In this document: one piece after another, positions 1 to 10,083 of the stretch
How the letters are laid out: the number at the start of each line of letters is the position of its first letter
Numbering within the stretch: position 1 is the first letter of the stretch
Assembly (NCBI GenBank): GCA_009859145.1
Contig: VRVR01000029.1
Location: forward strand, 248,001-312,000
DNA: 64,000 nt
Source of the DNA: Andalucia godoyi And28
Lineage: Eukaryota; Protista; Jakobida
Reading direction: 5' to 3'
Notes under the pieces: model-generated
The model's input: the letters and a program-made list of their open reading frames with translations, nothing else
Databases searched by the model: none
Told to the model about the DNA's origin: nothing
Made by a program: the position numbers and the translations under genes

Positions 1-2
1 CC

Positions 3-1676
3 AGCAGCAGTAGCAGTAGCAGCAGTAGCAGTAGCAGCAGCAGCAACGGTATTAGTAGTGGCAACGGCAATAGTAGAAGTAGTAGTTCCAACATTCTTCA
101 GGATTGCAACAACGCCAACTATGTTCATGCAGCTCCACAAATAACACTGGGTATTCCTCAGATTGCGATTAGTTCGATTCCGTTCGCAAATCCGTCCTTT
201 ATGATGAATTCAGTCCAGTCCTTTCAGCCTTCCAGCACTCTGCATCCACCGAAATCGTCCCCGTCTGTCGGAATTTCATTTCCCACAGAGGGGCATGAAG
301 GTGGTGAGCGGCCATCGTCGAACAGTAACAGCAATAGTAATAATACGCTGCAGATTCCGTTCCAAAGACAAAGCAGTAACAACTCTCAATTTGGCGCGTC
401 TCCAGGGTCCACACGATCGCCTTTTTCGGCAGCCACGGAAAGCGAGAGTCTGTCTGATTTGCAGTTGTTTTCCACGGCGTTTGACGCGTCAAGTCCACGA
501 TATGCATTATCGCCGCAAGTCCAGATTGCGTCACCTGTGCTCAGCGGAGAGGAACGAGTGAAAGCAGCCATTCGCACCGGGGACCTTGGATATCTGTTGT
601 GGACGGATGAAGCTTCCGGAGATTTTGCTGGGCCTGTCAGCAGTTCAGGAAGTTCGCCAAATGCAGGAAAATCGCCAGGAGAAGTATCGGAGAGCGAAGA
701 GGCAGTCAGGAAGCTAGTGCAAGGAATCGTGTCTGAGGAAGTACTGGCGATGCTGAAGCTGCTAGTGAACGGTCAGGAGGAAATGAGAACCGAAATCGCT
801 CATGCATTGCATGCAGTGCTCACTGCAATCTCGTCAACAGGTCCTTCGCTGTATCTGTCAGATGCATTTCTTGCGCCCAGTGCAGCTTCCGGCTCCGAGG
901 TTCGCGCATCGCCATCGACGCTGAATCCTTCTCCAGGAGCCCCATTAGCAGCAGCAGCGACGGCAATGATGAGGGACTATTCTCTGGGCACAATGCTGTC
1001 TATGAATGGGCCTTCATCGAGTTTGAATTCACTTTCACTTCCAGCACCAGCGATGTTTGCGCCTCACCAGCATTCTCCGAGTCAGCGACCAACATCGCCG
1101 AGACCACCCATGCAGCATGGGCGCTCGTCGTCCCATTATCACCAAGGAGGAGAGACACGCTCGCACTCCCGTTCTCCTGCGGAAAAGGACAACAAAATTG
1201 GTGTTGAGGCATGGAATCTACCGGTGTATACCCCCCGGAGAACACGGCTGCGCAGTCATTCGCCGAGATTTTACGTCGTTGCGATCGACGCAAAGACCGT
1301 TACAACAATCGAGTCACGGCGTAGAACCCTGCGGTCCCATCCGCAGTTGTCTGTCTGGGCGCCGACTGCACGCCCGCACCATTCGCATGTTTTGAAATTG
1401 TATTACCGGTCGCAGGATGCTCGCGACATTATGCAGTCCAAGGAAGAGAGCGCAGGCGCCGAAGCGGTCACCACGAACGCCACTGAACCAGTTCTGATCC
1501 CTGCATTGGCAATGGTATCACTGCGCAACGAAATCAAGGCACAGAACGGAAAAAGGAAGCGAAGCAACAGCATCGAGCCGCTGTCCCCGAGCGTTGGGGA
1601 CGAAGACAATGAAATTGATGATTTTAGCGGTGTCGACGAGGAGCCTGGTGCGAAGCGTTTCAAACAATGCGATTGA
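3..1676 (+). CDS. 5'-truncated hypothetical Ser/Pro-rich protein with basic C-terminal NLS-like motifs
   Basis: Frame 3 is open from base 3 (poly-Ser AGC/AGT run) through the listed 201-1676 ORF, so the start lies before the window. C-terminus has KRKRS and AKRFK. No family recognised. Confidence 0.65.
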   Translation, partial: SSSSSSSSSSSSSSNGISSGNGNSRSSSSNILQDCNNANYVHAAPQITLGIPQIAISSIPFANPSFMMNSVQSFQPSSTLHPPKSSPSVGISFPTEGHEGGERPSSNSNSNSNNTLQIPFQRQSSNNSQFGASPGSTRSPFSAATESESLSDLQLFSTAFDASSPRYALSPQVQIASPVLSGEERVKAAIRTGDLGYLLWTDEASGDFAGPVSSSGSSPNAGKSPGEVSESEEAVRKLVQGIVSEEVLAMLKLLVNGQEEMRTEIAHALHAVLTAISSTGPSLYLSDAFLAPSAASGSEVRASPSTLNPSPGAPLAAAATAMMRDYSLGTMLSMNGPSSSLNSLSLPAPAMFAPHQHSPSQRPTSPRPPMQHGRSSSHYHQGGETRSHSRSPAEKDNKIGVEAWNLPVYTPRRTRLRSHSPRFYVVAIDAKTVTTIESRRRTLRSHPQLSVWAPTARPHHSHVLKLYYRSQDARDIMQSKEESAGAEAVTTNATEPVLIPALAMVSLRNEIKAQNGKRKRSNSIEPLSPSVGDEDNEIDDFSGVDEEPGAKRFKQCD

Positions 1677-1770
1677 ATCGCAGAATTCAAAAAATAATAT
1701 GTGTTTTTAGGTGTTTAGGTGGTATTGTAAATATTGATTCCGATTGGAGGAAAAAGTTGGAAAGGCATTT

Positions 1771-3219
1771 CTAGGATTGATTCAGCGATTTCCCCTGCGA
1801 TGCGAGAAGCTCGCAAACCCGTTCGTAACGAAGACGGATGTACCGTGGAGGCATGCATGCAGTTACGCACAGTGCCGACGTGCAGAGACCGATCATGACC
1901 CAACCAAGAAGCTCGCCATCCTCTGCAATGCTGTAGACCGCAAGCGTGATCAGTCCATGGGCGTTGGCGCCAAGCATCAGCAAGTTTCCACCACGCTCTT
2001 CGTGCGCTGGAAACGTCAGTTCTACGGACGTTTCAAGGCCGACAATCATCACGGCTGCGGCGGCAATGCCCAACATTGCGCAAACAAAGGCGAGCGCTCC
2101 ATACGAAAGCCTGCTCGCCCCCGTGTAAAAGACCACAAGTGTGACAACCAGGGACGCCACCGCAACCAACAGCGCAGACTTGAACCACGGTCGTCGGTCA
2201 AGCAGTGGGCCTACCGGGAGAGCCCCCACCAGTCCAGCAAGAATAAGAATACCTCCAAGCCATCCCACAGCAGATTCCGAGTAGTAGGGCTGCAGTACTT
2301 CAGCCAGAACGGTGGTCAGCGTAAAGTAGCACCCGACCATCGTTGCATACACATACAGCAAGAGCAAGTAGGACAGTCTCAGCAAAGGACGCCGATCATG
2401 AAATTCGACAACACTGCACTCCTCGCTCTTGGAAGCAGCAGCAGCATTTGGCTCGGAGTCTGGAAGACGATTGTCCAGAAAAACTGGTGGGGGACAGACT
2501 TCCGATGCGGCCTGCTTGTCATGCAGAAACCGCAGAGCCGCTGCAGACTCGGAGGGTGGCGTATCAGGAAATGATCGGAACAAGAGGAAGCAGAGAATTG
2601 TAGAGACTGCGACGATGCCAACCTGAATCCCGAGCCATACCAACAGCTCATTCAAATGCGGCCCAGTGACAATGACAGGAGCCACAAAAAACCCGAGTGC
2701 GTTTCCAAGTTGGTTGGCAGAAGTCGCAATCGTCGTTGCCACCACCCGTTCTCGTTGTGGATACCACCGGGCAGAGATCAGTGGAGGAGCAGACAGCACA
2801 ACGAGCTGTCCAAGAGAAGCAAGCAGCGAACCCGTAAACAACCCGCCCCAGAATGCAATTTCCGACGTTGGCGCCGCCGCGGCAAGCACAAGCCGAACCA
2901 CCGCGCCCAGCAAAGTCAGCAAATTCCCAAACAGCATTCCGAATCGAACCGAGATCTTGATCATCATCAAGCTTCCAAACGGTGCAAACATCACATACGT
3001 AACATTCCAGATCGCAGCGAGCGAATTCACTGCAAACGTGCTTACGCCATACAGACTCTGCAAGGAAACCGCAATCGGCGGAAAGGCATTGAAGCACAGT
3101 CCCGAACACACAGACAGCATCACAAACAGAAAAAGCATCAAGTGTCGCATCGAATCGCCGCGGTCAGCCCTCGTGCACGCAGATGCCGGACCCAAAAGCG
3201 GCACAGTCTCTTTCGACAT
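1771..3219 (-). CDS. MFS transporter, FLVCR/SLC49-like
   Basis: About 12 hydrophobic segments. FLVCR-like motifs: LGQLVVLSAPPLISARWYPQRERVVATTIATSANQLGNALGF and GLETSVELTFPAHE. Start taken at MSKETVPLL (3219); the track starts at 3243. Confidence 0.85.
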   Translation of the reverse strand: MSKETVPLLGPASACTRADRGDSMRHLMLFLFVMLSVCSGLCFNAFPPIAVSLQSLYGVSTFAVNSLAAIWNVTYVMFAPFGSLMMIKISVRFGMLFGNLLTLLGAVVRLVLAAAAPTSEIAFWGGLFTGSLLASLGQLVVLSAPPLISARWYPQRERVVATTIATSANQLGNALGFFVAPVIVTGPHLNELLVWLGIQVGIVAVSTILCFLLFRSFPDTPPSESAAALRFLHDKQAASEVCPPPVFLDNRLPDSEPNAAAASKSEECSVVEFHDRRPLLRLSYLLLLYVYATMVGCYFTLTTVLAEVLQPYYSESAVGWLGGILILAGLVGALPVGPLLDRRPWFKSALLVAVASLVVTLVVFYTGASRLSYGALAFVCAMLGIAAAAVMIVGLETSVELTFPAHEERGGNLLMLGANAHGLITLAVYSIAEDGELLGWVMIGLCTSALCVTACMPPRYIRLRYERVCELLASQGKSLNQS

Positions 3220-3922
3220 TCTGCTCAACGTCCACCAAGGCAAACAGGAAAATCAGCGGAGAGAAGCACAAACAAATCAGCAACAAGATCTTACCGAATC
3301 AGAAAACCCAAGTACTTTTTTTTCTTCTGTAACCAAATAAATATGTGAAGTATAGGTACTTTGAAGTGGCGCAAGAACGCACCGCGAAATCAAAAATAAA
3401 TGAATAACAATAAAAATAATAATAACAACAACAACAACAACAATAAAATCAATGATCAAGAAGAAGAAGAAGAAGAAGAACGAGATCGGAGTGCATGCAA
3501 TATCTACGATTTCATAGACTTCAAAACCACGTACACACAAGCGTATACTGCAGTATCATGCTTTTCGTCGCGGTAATCACTCGGCCTTTGCAGTTTGCGC
3601 GTTGGAGCTTTCTGTTCATTTTTGAAATCTCTCGTGCAGCAGAAGAAACGGTTTCCCCCCAAGAATCTTTGGGTCGAAGGCGGGGCCACCTTTTTTTGCT
3701 TTTCTGCAGACACCTGTCGTAATCGAGTCCCTCCTATTACGTTTCCCGAGGTTTTTTCCCTTCCGTTCTGGTTTCTCCGCCGCAGTTAGGCAGTCCTCAT
3801 TGAATAGTCATTCAAAAAGGACTCGCGTACTCTGGATAGCGACTGCTGTTGGCACACATCCTCTCTCTTGGCGTTCTTTGTCTTACATCTCACAATTGTC
3901 GCATTCGTACAGTTGTTTTTGA

Positions 3923-6475
3923 ATGAGTACTTCGGGCCCAAGCGGAGGAGAGTCGAATGGAGGAGAGTCGAGTGGAGGAGGCGGAGGATCGTCGTCGCTG
4001 CCACGGTCTGCGAGTTCGGCGGGACTGAATGTGGTGGTGGTGTCGAGCCCAGGACAAGAAAGTAGAAGCAGGGCTGCACCGACGGTGCTCACTTCTCGAT
4101 ATCCTCGGACGCGAAGCGCAGTGGACTTTGACAGCGCGGTGGGCGACGATGACGCGATGGACGACAGTGTTCGGTTCGCGCATCATACGCCGCGGACCGT
4201 GGATGAGCGTAAGCGGGCGAATAATATGCTTTTTGGATTTGTACCGTGGATGGGGCCTTCAACGGCGTCCGGGCCTTCTGCTGCGGCAGCTTCCCATCAA
4301 TCAGCAGTGCCGTCGGCGGGAATGGGGAGCAGCTCACAGAATCAATCGCTTGTTGGTGGTCTTGGTGGATCCGCGGCCGTTCGCCATCGCCACGCTGCGT
4401 CTTCAGACAAGAATGCGACTATGGTGCAAATCCCCAGCCACGCCAATGACGACGAATTCATCGCTCCATCAGGCGCCAGGGAAACAGCGGCGACTCGTGC
4501 ATTCTTGACACCGGGGAACGTCGTCTATGTTATGCTGGTCGGCTGGTGGGCATCGCTGCTTCACCTTGTCATGGGAATTATTCTTGGTTTGCTGATTGTT
4601 ACGATCCCCCATGCAAAATTGTGCTTTGCGCTTGCAAAATATCTCATTTGGCCTTTTGGAGGGTATATTGAACTGGCGACAAGCCAAAGTGGCGCTGCTT
4701 CGTCCGAGGACGCGAATTTGTTGCTTGGCTCTGCGGGCACATCGTCGGGCAACTATGGGCTGAATGGGACTCCTGCTGCGAAAGCTGGTGCACCACCTAG
4801 CTCCAGGACAGCGAATCGCGGCGGCTCATCGGTTCGAACGACCCTGTCCACGATCGTGTTTCACATCATCGGCATCCCGGTACTCGCGTTGGTGCATGCA
4901 ATGTCTTGGGCAGTTTGTTGGTTCTTGATCGTACTGATCCCGATGGCAAAAGTACATTTTGCTATTGCAAAGACTCTGTATTCTCACTCGCAAGAACCGC
5001 AGAAGTTGCTGGTGTCAACATTAGGGCAAGCACAGGTTCCGCCTCCTGCTTCCGCTTCCATCATCATTCTGACGTATGCAGCGGTGAACAAATCGTACTT
5101 GAAGTATACGGTCGACGGAATGAACGTTGCGTTGGTGAATCTGTTACCATTCGCGGTCGTGACGATTCTCCTCCACTTCTTGAGCCCAGAAGAGCATTCC
5201 GAATCTCAAGTTTTAGTCCGTTTTGTTCTGTCGTTGGTATCGATTATTCCCTTGGCGTATTACATCGGTGCTGCTGTGGCTTCGATTTCTGCACAAACTT
5301 CCTTTGCTGTGGGTGCGGTGCTGAATGCAACCTTTGGTTCCATTATTGAGTTGTTGATTTATGTGTTTTCCATCCAACGTGGTCTGAATGATCTTGTGAC
5401 CGCTGGCGTCACTGGTGCCTTGCTGGGTGCCATGCTTTTGCTTCCTGGTTTGTCCATGATTGTGGGTGGGCTCAAGCACAAGATGCAGCATTTCAACATC
5501 AACGCCGCAGGTGTCACGTCTGTGATGTTGCTTATTGCGGTGGTCGGTGACTACACGCCAACGATGTTCTATCTGATGTATGGACAGTACGATTTTCACT
5601 GCAAGGACGAGTGTTCCTCGAAAGCAGTTTCGCTAGGCGAGGAATGCGAAAAGATCTGCATCCGTTTTGAGGACATGACCAGCGACCCGATTTATGAGAA
5701 CCATGCCAAGAAACTACTGTATGCAGTTGCTGTGCTGCTGCCACTCGCATATGTCGTGGGTCTTATTTTCACGCTCAAAACGCATTCGCACTACTACCAA
5801 AACAAGGAGGATCCGATCGAAAAGGAAAAGCGCAGGCAAAAGAATGCAAAGAAAGTTACAATTGTGATGCCCGAGGACCATGCCGCTGCCGCCGCGAATG
5901 GGACAAGCCAATCTTACCAGGTTCCAGCTGCTTTGCACGACGAAGAAACTGCGTCGGAGGTGTCGGAGGGTTCTGCAGAAGGCGAGGAAATGCTCAGCGA
6001 GTGGTCTCTCCGAAAATGCATTATTGTGCTGGTGGTTGCCACTGCTTCATTCGCTCTCGTTGCCGAGGCTCTCACAGATTCCATCCAGCCGTTCTTGGAT
6101 ATGATGGGGATATCGCAGCGTGTTGCCGGTCTGACCATCATTGCCATTGTGCCCAACATTGCAGAGCTTGTGAATGCCATCATGTTTGCCTACAACAACA
6201 ACATCACCCTTGCTCTGGAGATTGGAAACGTTGCTGCCATTCAAGTTTCTCTTATCCAAATGCCCTTTTTGGTGTTCTTGTCGTGGGCTATGTTCCAAAA
6301 CAATCCGGGAGATGCACTCACTCTTATTTTTGCGCCGCTGGACGTTTTTTCTGTTTTCGTTGCCGTAATTATCCTTTCCTACATTTCCATTGACGGGCGC
6401 TGCAACTATTTTGAGGGTGCTGCTCTTATCCTGGTTTATCTTATCTTTGTCATGGCCTTTGTCTTTTCTCCGTGA
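3923..6475 (+). CDS. VNX1: Type II CAX / VNX1-like cation(Ca2+,Na+,K+)/H+ antiporter with N-terminal YccF(DUF307) segments
   Basis: Alpha-1 repeat LNATFGSIIEL and alpha-2 repeat IVPNIAELVNAI. YccF-like GNVVYVMLVGWWASL...WPFG. Acidic central loop. Confidence 0.9.
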   Translation: MSTSGPSGGESNGGESSGGGGGSSSLPRSASSAGLNVVVVSSPGQESRSRAAPTVLTSRYPRTRSAVDFDSAVGDDDAMDDSVRFAHHTPRTVDERKRANNMLFGFVPWMGPSTASGPSAAAASHQSAVPSAGMGSSSQNQSLVGGLGGSAAVRHRHAASSDKNATMVQIPSHANDDEFIAPSGARETAATRAFLTPGNVVYVMLVGWWASLLHLVMGIILGLLIVTIPHAKLCFALAKYLIWPFGGYIELATSQSGAASSEDANLLLGSAGTSSGNYGLNGTPAAKAGAPPSSRTANRGGSSVRTTLSTIVFHIIGIPVLALVHAMSWAVCWFLIVLIPMAKVHFAIAKTLYSHSQEPQKLLVSTLGQAQVPPPASASIIILTYAAVNKSYLKYTVDGMNVALVNLLPFAVVTILLHFLSPEEHSESQVLVRFVLSLVSIIPLAYYIGAAVASISAQTSFAVGAVLNATFGSIIELLIYVFSIQRGLNDLVTAGVTGALLGAMLLLPGLSMIVGGLKHKMQHFNINAAGVTSVMLLIAVVGDYTPTMFYLMYGQYDFHCKDECSSKAVSLGEECEKICIRFEDMTSDPIYENHAKKLLYAVAVLLPLAYVVGLIFTLKTHSHYYQNKEDPIEKEKRRQKNAKKVTIVMPEDHAAAAANGTSQSYQVPAALHDEETASEVSEGSAEGEEMLSEWSLRKCIIVLVVATASFALVAEALTDSIQPFLDMMGISQRVAGLTIIAIVPNIAELVNAIMFAYNNNITLALEIGNVAAIQVSLIQMPFLVFLSWAMFQNNPGDALTLIFAPLDVFSVFVAVIILSYISIDGRCNYFEGAALILVYLIFVMAFVFSP

Positions 6476-6965
6476 GTGAACAAGTGTGGCGTGTTCCCGA
6501 CCATTCTGTTCGTCCGCAGTTGCCTAGATAGTAGATTCCCGTCGTAATGCAAGTAAAAGTAAAAAAGCGCGCTTGCGATACACTGCATCCATGTTCATTG
6601 GTTCTCATTGGTACCGCTTGCAATGTTGCATGAATAGTCGATCCTACGAACATCAGTCGTCTAGGGGGCAAGCCTTAGCACACACAACTGCATGCGCACC
6701 GTGTTCTTCAAAGAGATGTCGATCCATCGCCGCTGCACATGTCTCCAAGAGTGACGGACTCTTTATAAAAAATAATACAACAACAAAATACTATAACAAA
6801 GTAAAACACGAAATCGTGGAAGAGTCAGAGAATTCGTGTTTTTTATTTAGTTCTAACTGGATGAGGAAAGCCGTACATTACCCTCCAACCCAAAGCCTCT
6901 CCAAATATTTGGCTTCGCATGCTGCGCCTCAAACAGATTTTTTTTAAAAGTAAAATGACTTATAA

Positions 6966-7340
6966 ATGAGCACCAGCGCCCAGCATCGATTACAAGGAAT
7001 CGGCTGTCAATATTCGACAGTGTCTCATTGGGACTCGAACCTGCACACCTACGCCGCCGCGACAACAGCAACGACAACGACGACAACAACGACAAGGACG
7101 ACAACAACGACAACAACAGCCGGTAGCAGCAATCTGCAGAAGAAAAAAAGGCCGGCCTTCATTCAACAGCAATGTCGACGGCTGTCAACCCAGCCATACT
7201 ATCCGATGATATTCACAGCCCTTCCAGCAGACATTTGCGTTGGAGATTTGTGCTTTGTCGACGACGACGATATGAACAGTTCAACAGTTGCAAGCGAAGC
7301 AACAGCTGAGAGGCTCACTAAGTCCTGCTTGGAGAGGTAG
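6966..7340 (+). CDS. Possible small Thr-rich protein, or first exon of the 7496-7777 ORF
   Basis: ATG-initiated 124-aa ORF with an in-frame poly-Thr run. A GT at 7337 and an AG ending at 7491 would join it in frame to 7496. No homology recognised. Confidence 0.25.
   Translation: MSTSAQHRLQGIGCQYSTVSHWDSNLHTYAAATTATTTTTTTTRTTTTTTTAGSSNLQKKKRPAFIQQQCRRLSTQPYYPMIFTALPADICVGDLCFVDDDDMNSSTVASEATAERLTKSCLER
7174..7209 (+). repeat. 36-nt dispersed element, copy 1
   Basis: gtcgacggctgtcaacccagccatactatccgatga matches 41873-41908 at 34/36 positions. Confidence 0.9.
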
Positions 7341-7348
7341 GGAAATTC

Positions 7349-7483
<135 letters not shown>

Positions 7484-7495
7484 GCGCGCAGAGAA

Positions 7496-7777
7496 ATGTC
7501 GCAGAATCAAAAGAAGAATAGGATGCTCCAGCCTCTCGAGATTGAAGATGAACAGCCTCCAGGATGGACTTCGGGTCCTCGGTTCACACTGGTTTGCACT
7601 CGAGAGCGCCCGCAATGCGAAGACCTTATGGCTTCCTTTGGCGGATTTTTGCGATCGCTCGGGAAAGTTGTGTCAGAAAACCCGCCACGGTCGTTGACAC
7701 TCTCGTTTGGGAATGCCGACAAGGCAGCTTCTGCGAAACAGACGATCGCAACGATCAATGCACAGCTTGACGCGTAA
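7496..7777 (+). CDS. Small hypothetical protein with an RRM-like beta-alpha-beta-beta-alpha pattern
   Basis: FTLVC...DLMASFGGFLRSLGKVV...SLTLSFGNADKAASAKQTIATIN resembles RRM spacing. ATG follows a (CA)n tract, as for several other genes here. Confidence 0.45.
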   Translation: MSQNQKKNRMLQPLEIEDEQPPGWTSGPRFTLVCTRERPQCEDLMASFGGFLRSLGKVVSENPPRSLTLSFGNADKAASAKQTIATINAQLDA

Positions 7778-7994
7778 TCTGTGGCATTGATGGATGCGAG
7801 TTCGCGTTTGTGTGCATTTGCACCACAAGATACTGCATTGTGCATTACTTTTTTGTGCAGGGTAGAGAGAAAGGCACGCGTTGTCCAGACGCGCTGTCGC
7901 TACTTAGTACCTGAGGGACTTCATACAGCAGCAGTGCCGTTGAATGCAATTGTTAAAGGTTCAGCTAGTGATAATTTACTATGGAGTAGCAACC

Positions 7995-9428
7995 TCATCG
8001 AATCCACACGGTCTTGGGAACCGTAAATTCACGAACGGCAATATGAGAGCATTCTGTCCCAAATCCGGAATCCTTGACTCCGCCGAACGGCAGCCGAGGA
8101 TCCGACTTGACAAAACCATTGACGAAGCCCATGCCCGACTCGATTTCATCACGGACAATGCGTTCACCACGCTCTACATCCCTTGTAAAGACTGCTGCGC
8201 CGAGTCCAAACGGCGATCGATTGGCGAGTTGAACCGCCTCGGTTTCGTTCTGCGCAACAATAATGCAGGCAACCGGCCCAAACAACTCTTCGTCGAATGC
8301 AGCCATGCCAGGCCGGACGTTCGTGAGCAAGGTGGGTGGATACCAGAATCCCGATGCAAAGCTCTTTGCCTTCGTGGCATCCACCAACTCCGGAGCAAAC
8401 TTGACCGGAAGCTGTCCCCCAAGAAGAACCTTGGCTCCCGCTTGCACCGATCTGGTCACTTGGTCATGGATCCCGTCTCTCAAATCCTCCCGAGCCATCG
8501 GGCCAACATCCGTTTTAGGGTCCATCGGATCGCCGACTTTCAGCTTTTCCATCGCAGCCGTCACCTTTTGCGTAAACTCCTCGACGATGGAAGCATCCAC
8601 AATCCACCTCTTTGCAGCGATGCACGACTGTCCCGTGTTTAGTATGCGACCTGCAAGGCACTGCGAAACCGCGAGATCAACATCTGCATCTCTGAGAACG
8701 AGATATGGATCTGCCCCTCCGAGTTCCAACACGCACTTTTTAATTCTTTCTCCTGCAAGCTTCCCCACCGACGCACCAGCCTTGCAGGATCCCGTAAGCG
8801 TGACCGCCCGCACCGATCGGTCCGACAAGATCAGCGGAACATCCGTTTCAGTGTCTGCAAACACGTTTTGGAGCGTATGCTGCGGGAATCCAGCATCACG
8901 GAACACTTCTTCAAGCGCCAACGCGCACTGCGGAGTGGACGGCGCATGCTTCATGATGCATACGTTCCCCGCCAGGAAAGCCGACGACGCAAATCGCGCA
9001 ACTTGCCAAAACGGAAAGTTCCAGGGGAATATCCCAAGGACGATTCCGAGTGGCTGGATCGAAATGTAGGACCTCGACGCATCCGACGCCACTGATTCCG
9101 GCGCGAGATAAGGAGGTCCGTTCTTCGCCATCCATTCGCACACAAATGCGCATTTCTCTACTTCAGCCACCCCTTGCTTGATTGGCTTCCCCATTTCGAT
9201 AGATGCAAGCTGTCCGTACTTTGCCGCACGCTCTTTCAGAAGTGCAGAAACAGAAAGAAGACGTTCGGCTCGGCGGTCGACAGAGAGCTTCTTCAGCTCC
9301 AAAAGCGCAGTCTGTGCATTCGATATGATCCGCGGAATCTCATTGGTTGGCGTCTTTGCAAAGGACTTCACGAGCTGTCCCGTCGCAGGGTTCACAGACG
9401 CATACACCTGTGAAAGTCGATTCATCAT
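7995..9428 (-). CDS. NAD(P)+-dependent succinate-semialdehyde dehydrogenase, bacterial Sad/GabD1-like ALDH
   Basis: ALDH motifs PWNFP, TLTGS, catalytic ELGGADP and GQSCIAAKR, EELFGPV, RLPFGGVKDSGFG. No obvious targeting peptide. Confidence 0.9.
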   Translation of the reverse strand: MMNRLSQVYASVNPATGQLVKSFAKTPTNEIPRIISNAQTALLELKKLSVDRRAERLLSVSALLKERAAKYGQLASIEMGKPIKQGVAEVEKCAFVCEWMAKNGPPYLAPESVASDASRSYISIQPLGIVLGIFPWNFPFWQVARFASSAFLAGNVCIMKHAPSTPQCALALEEVFRDAGFPQHTLQNVFADTETDVPLILSDRSVRAVTLTGSCKAGASVGKLAGERIKKCVLELGGADPYLVLRDADVDLAVSQCLAGRILNTGQSCIAAKRWIVDASIVEEFTQKVTAAMEKLKVGDPMDPKTDVGPMAREDLRDGIHDQVTRSVQAGAKVLLGGQLPVKFAPELVDATKAKSFASGFWYPPTLLTNVRPGMAAFDEELFGPVACIIVAQNETEAVQLANRSPFGLGAAVFTRDVERGERIVRDEIESGMGFVNGFVKSDPRLPFGGVKDSGFGTECSHIAVREFTVPKTVWIR

Positions 9429-9947
9429 CCTCGCTATCTCTCCTTGTCTTCCTCAGAATAAGAGCAACAAGATGTTGAAGAAGAAAACCGGCAAGAAGAA
9501 GACAAAGAACGTCACCGAAAGGTCCGACTTCAAGGCAATCTACTACAGCAAAACAGCGGCAAAGCGCAAACACGTTTTCCTCTTCAAAATGCGATCTGGT
9601 TGTTTGCGAATGCGTTTCTTTTTGTTTGCACTTTAAAGTAACTATTTGCATTTCTGTACTCGTATTGCTGTGGTGGCGGCGTTGTTGCCTGTTGTTGCGA
9701 ACGAGTGCAAAATGACAAACTGTCGTGTTTCGCTCTTTCGCGACTTTCGAACACTTGTTTCGAACGAGCTTCATTCCACAAATCGCAAGTTTGACCCATT
9801 GCTGAAATCCGTACCTCGAGGTTACATTGTTGCACAAGCCTCCTCAATTGTATGCATCCTGGCCGTTTTTCTACACTTCATCTTTCTTTGTGCCCACCCC
9901 CCCTATGTACGTGTGCATGCGAATGTGTGAGTTAACAGTGTCCCGTT

Positions 9948-9993
9948 TGTGTGCGTGTGTGTGTGTGTGCGTGTGTGTGTGTGTGTGTGTGTG
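9948..9993. repeat. (TG)n microsatellite
   Basis: Read directly; about 90 nt upstream of the syntaxin ATG. Confidence 0.95.
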
Positions 9994-10083
9994 GATTGAC
10001 GCAAAACAACAACAACAAATCAACATAATCAAACATAACATGACTTTATTTAGAGAGCTGCTGTTGCCGAGATTGACCGAAGA

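Noticed and set aside
1744-3348. Long antisense ORFs over the MFS gene (similar ones lie over SSADH, the oxidase and the cyclase)
   Set aside because: Shadow ORFs from codon bias, with no recognisable domains.
7030-7041. Perfect B-box/T-loop word GGTTCGAGTCCC on the minus strand (possible tRNA)
   Set aside because: The T-stem does not pair (GCAGG vs CCCAA), and there is no A-box, acceptor stem or cloverleaf. At most an isolated TFIIIC site.
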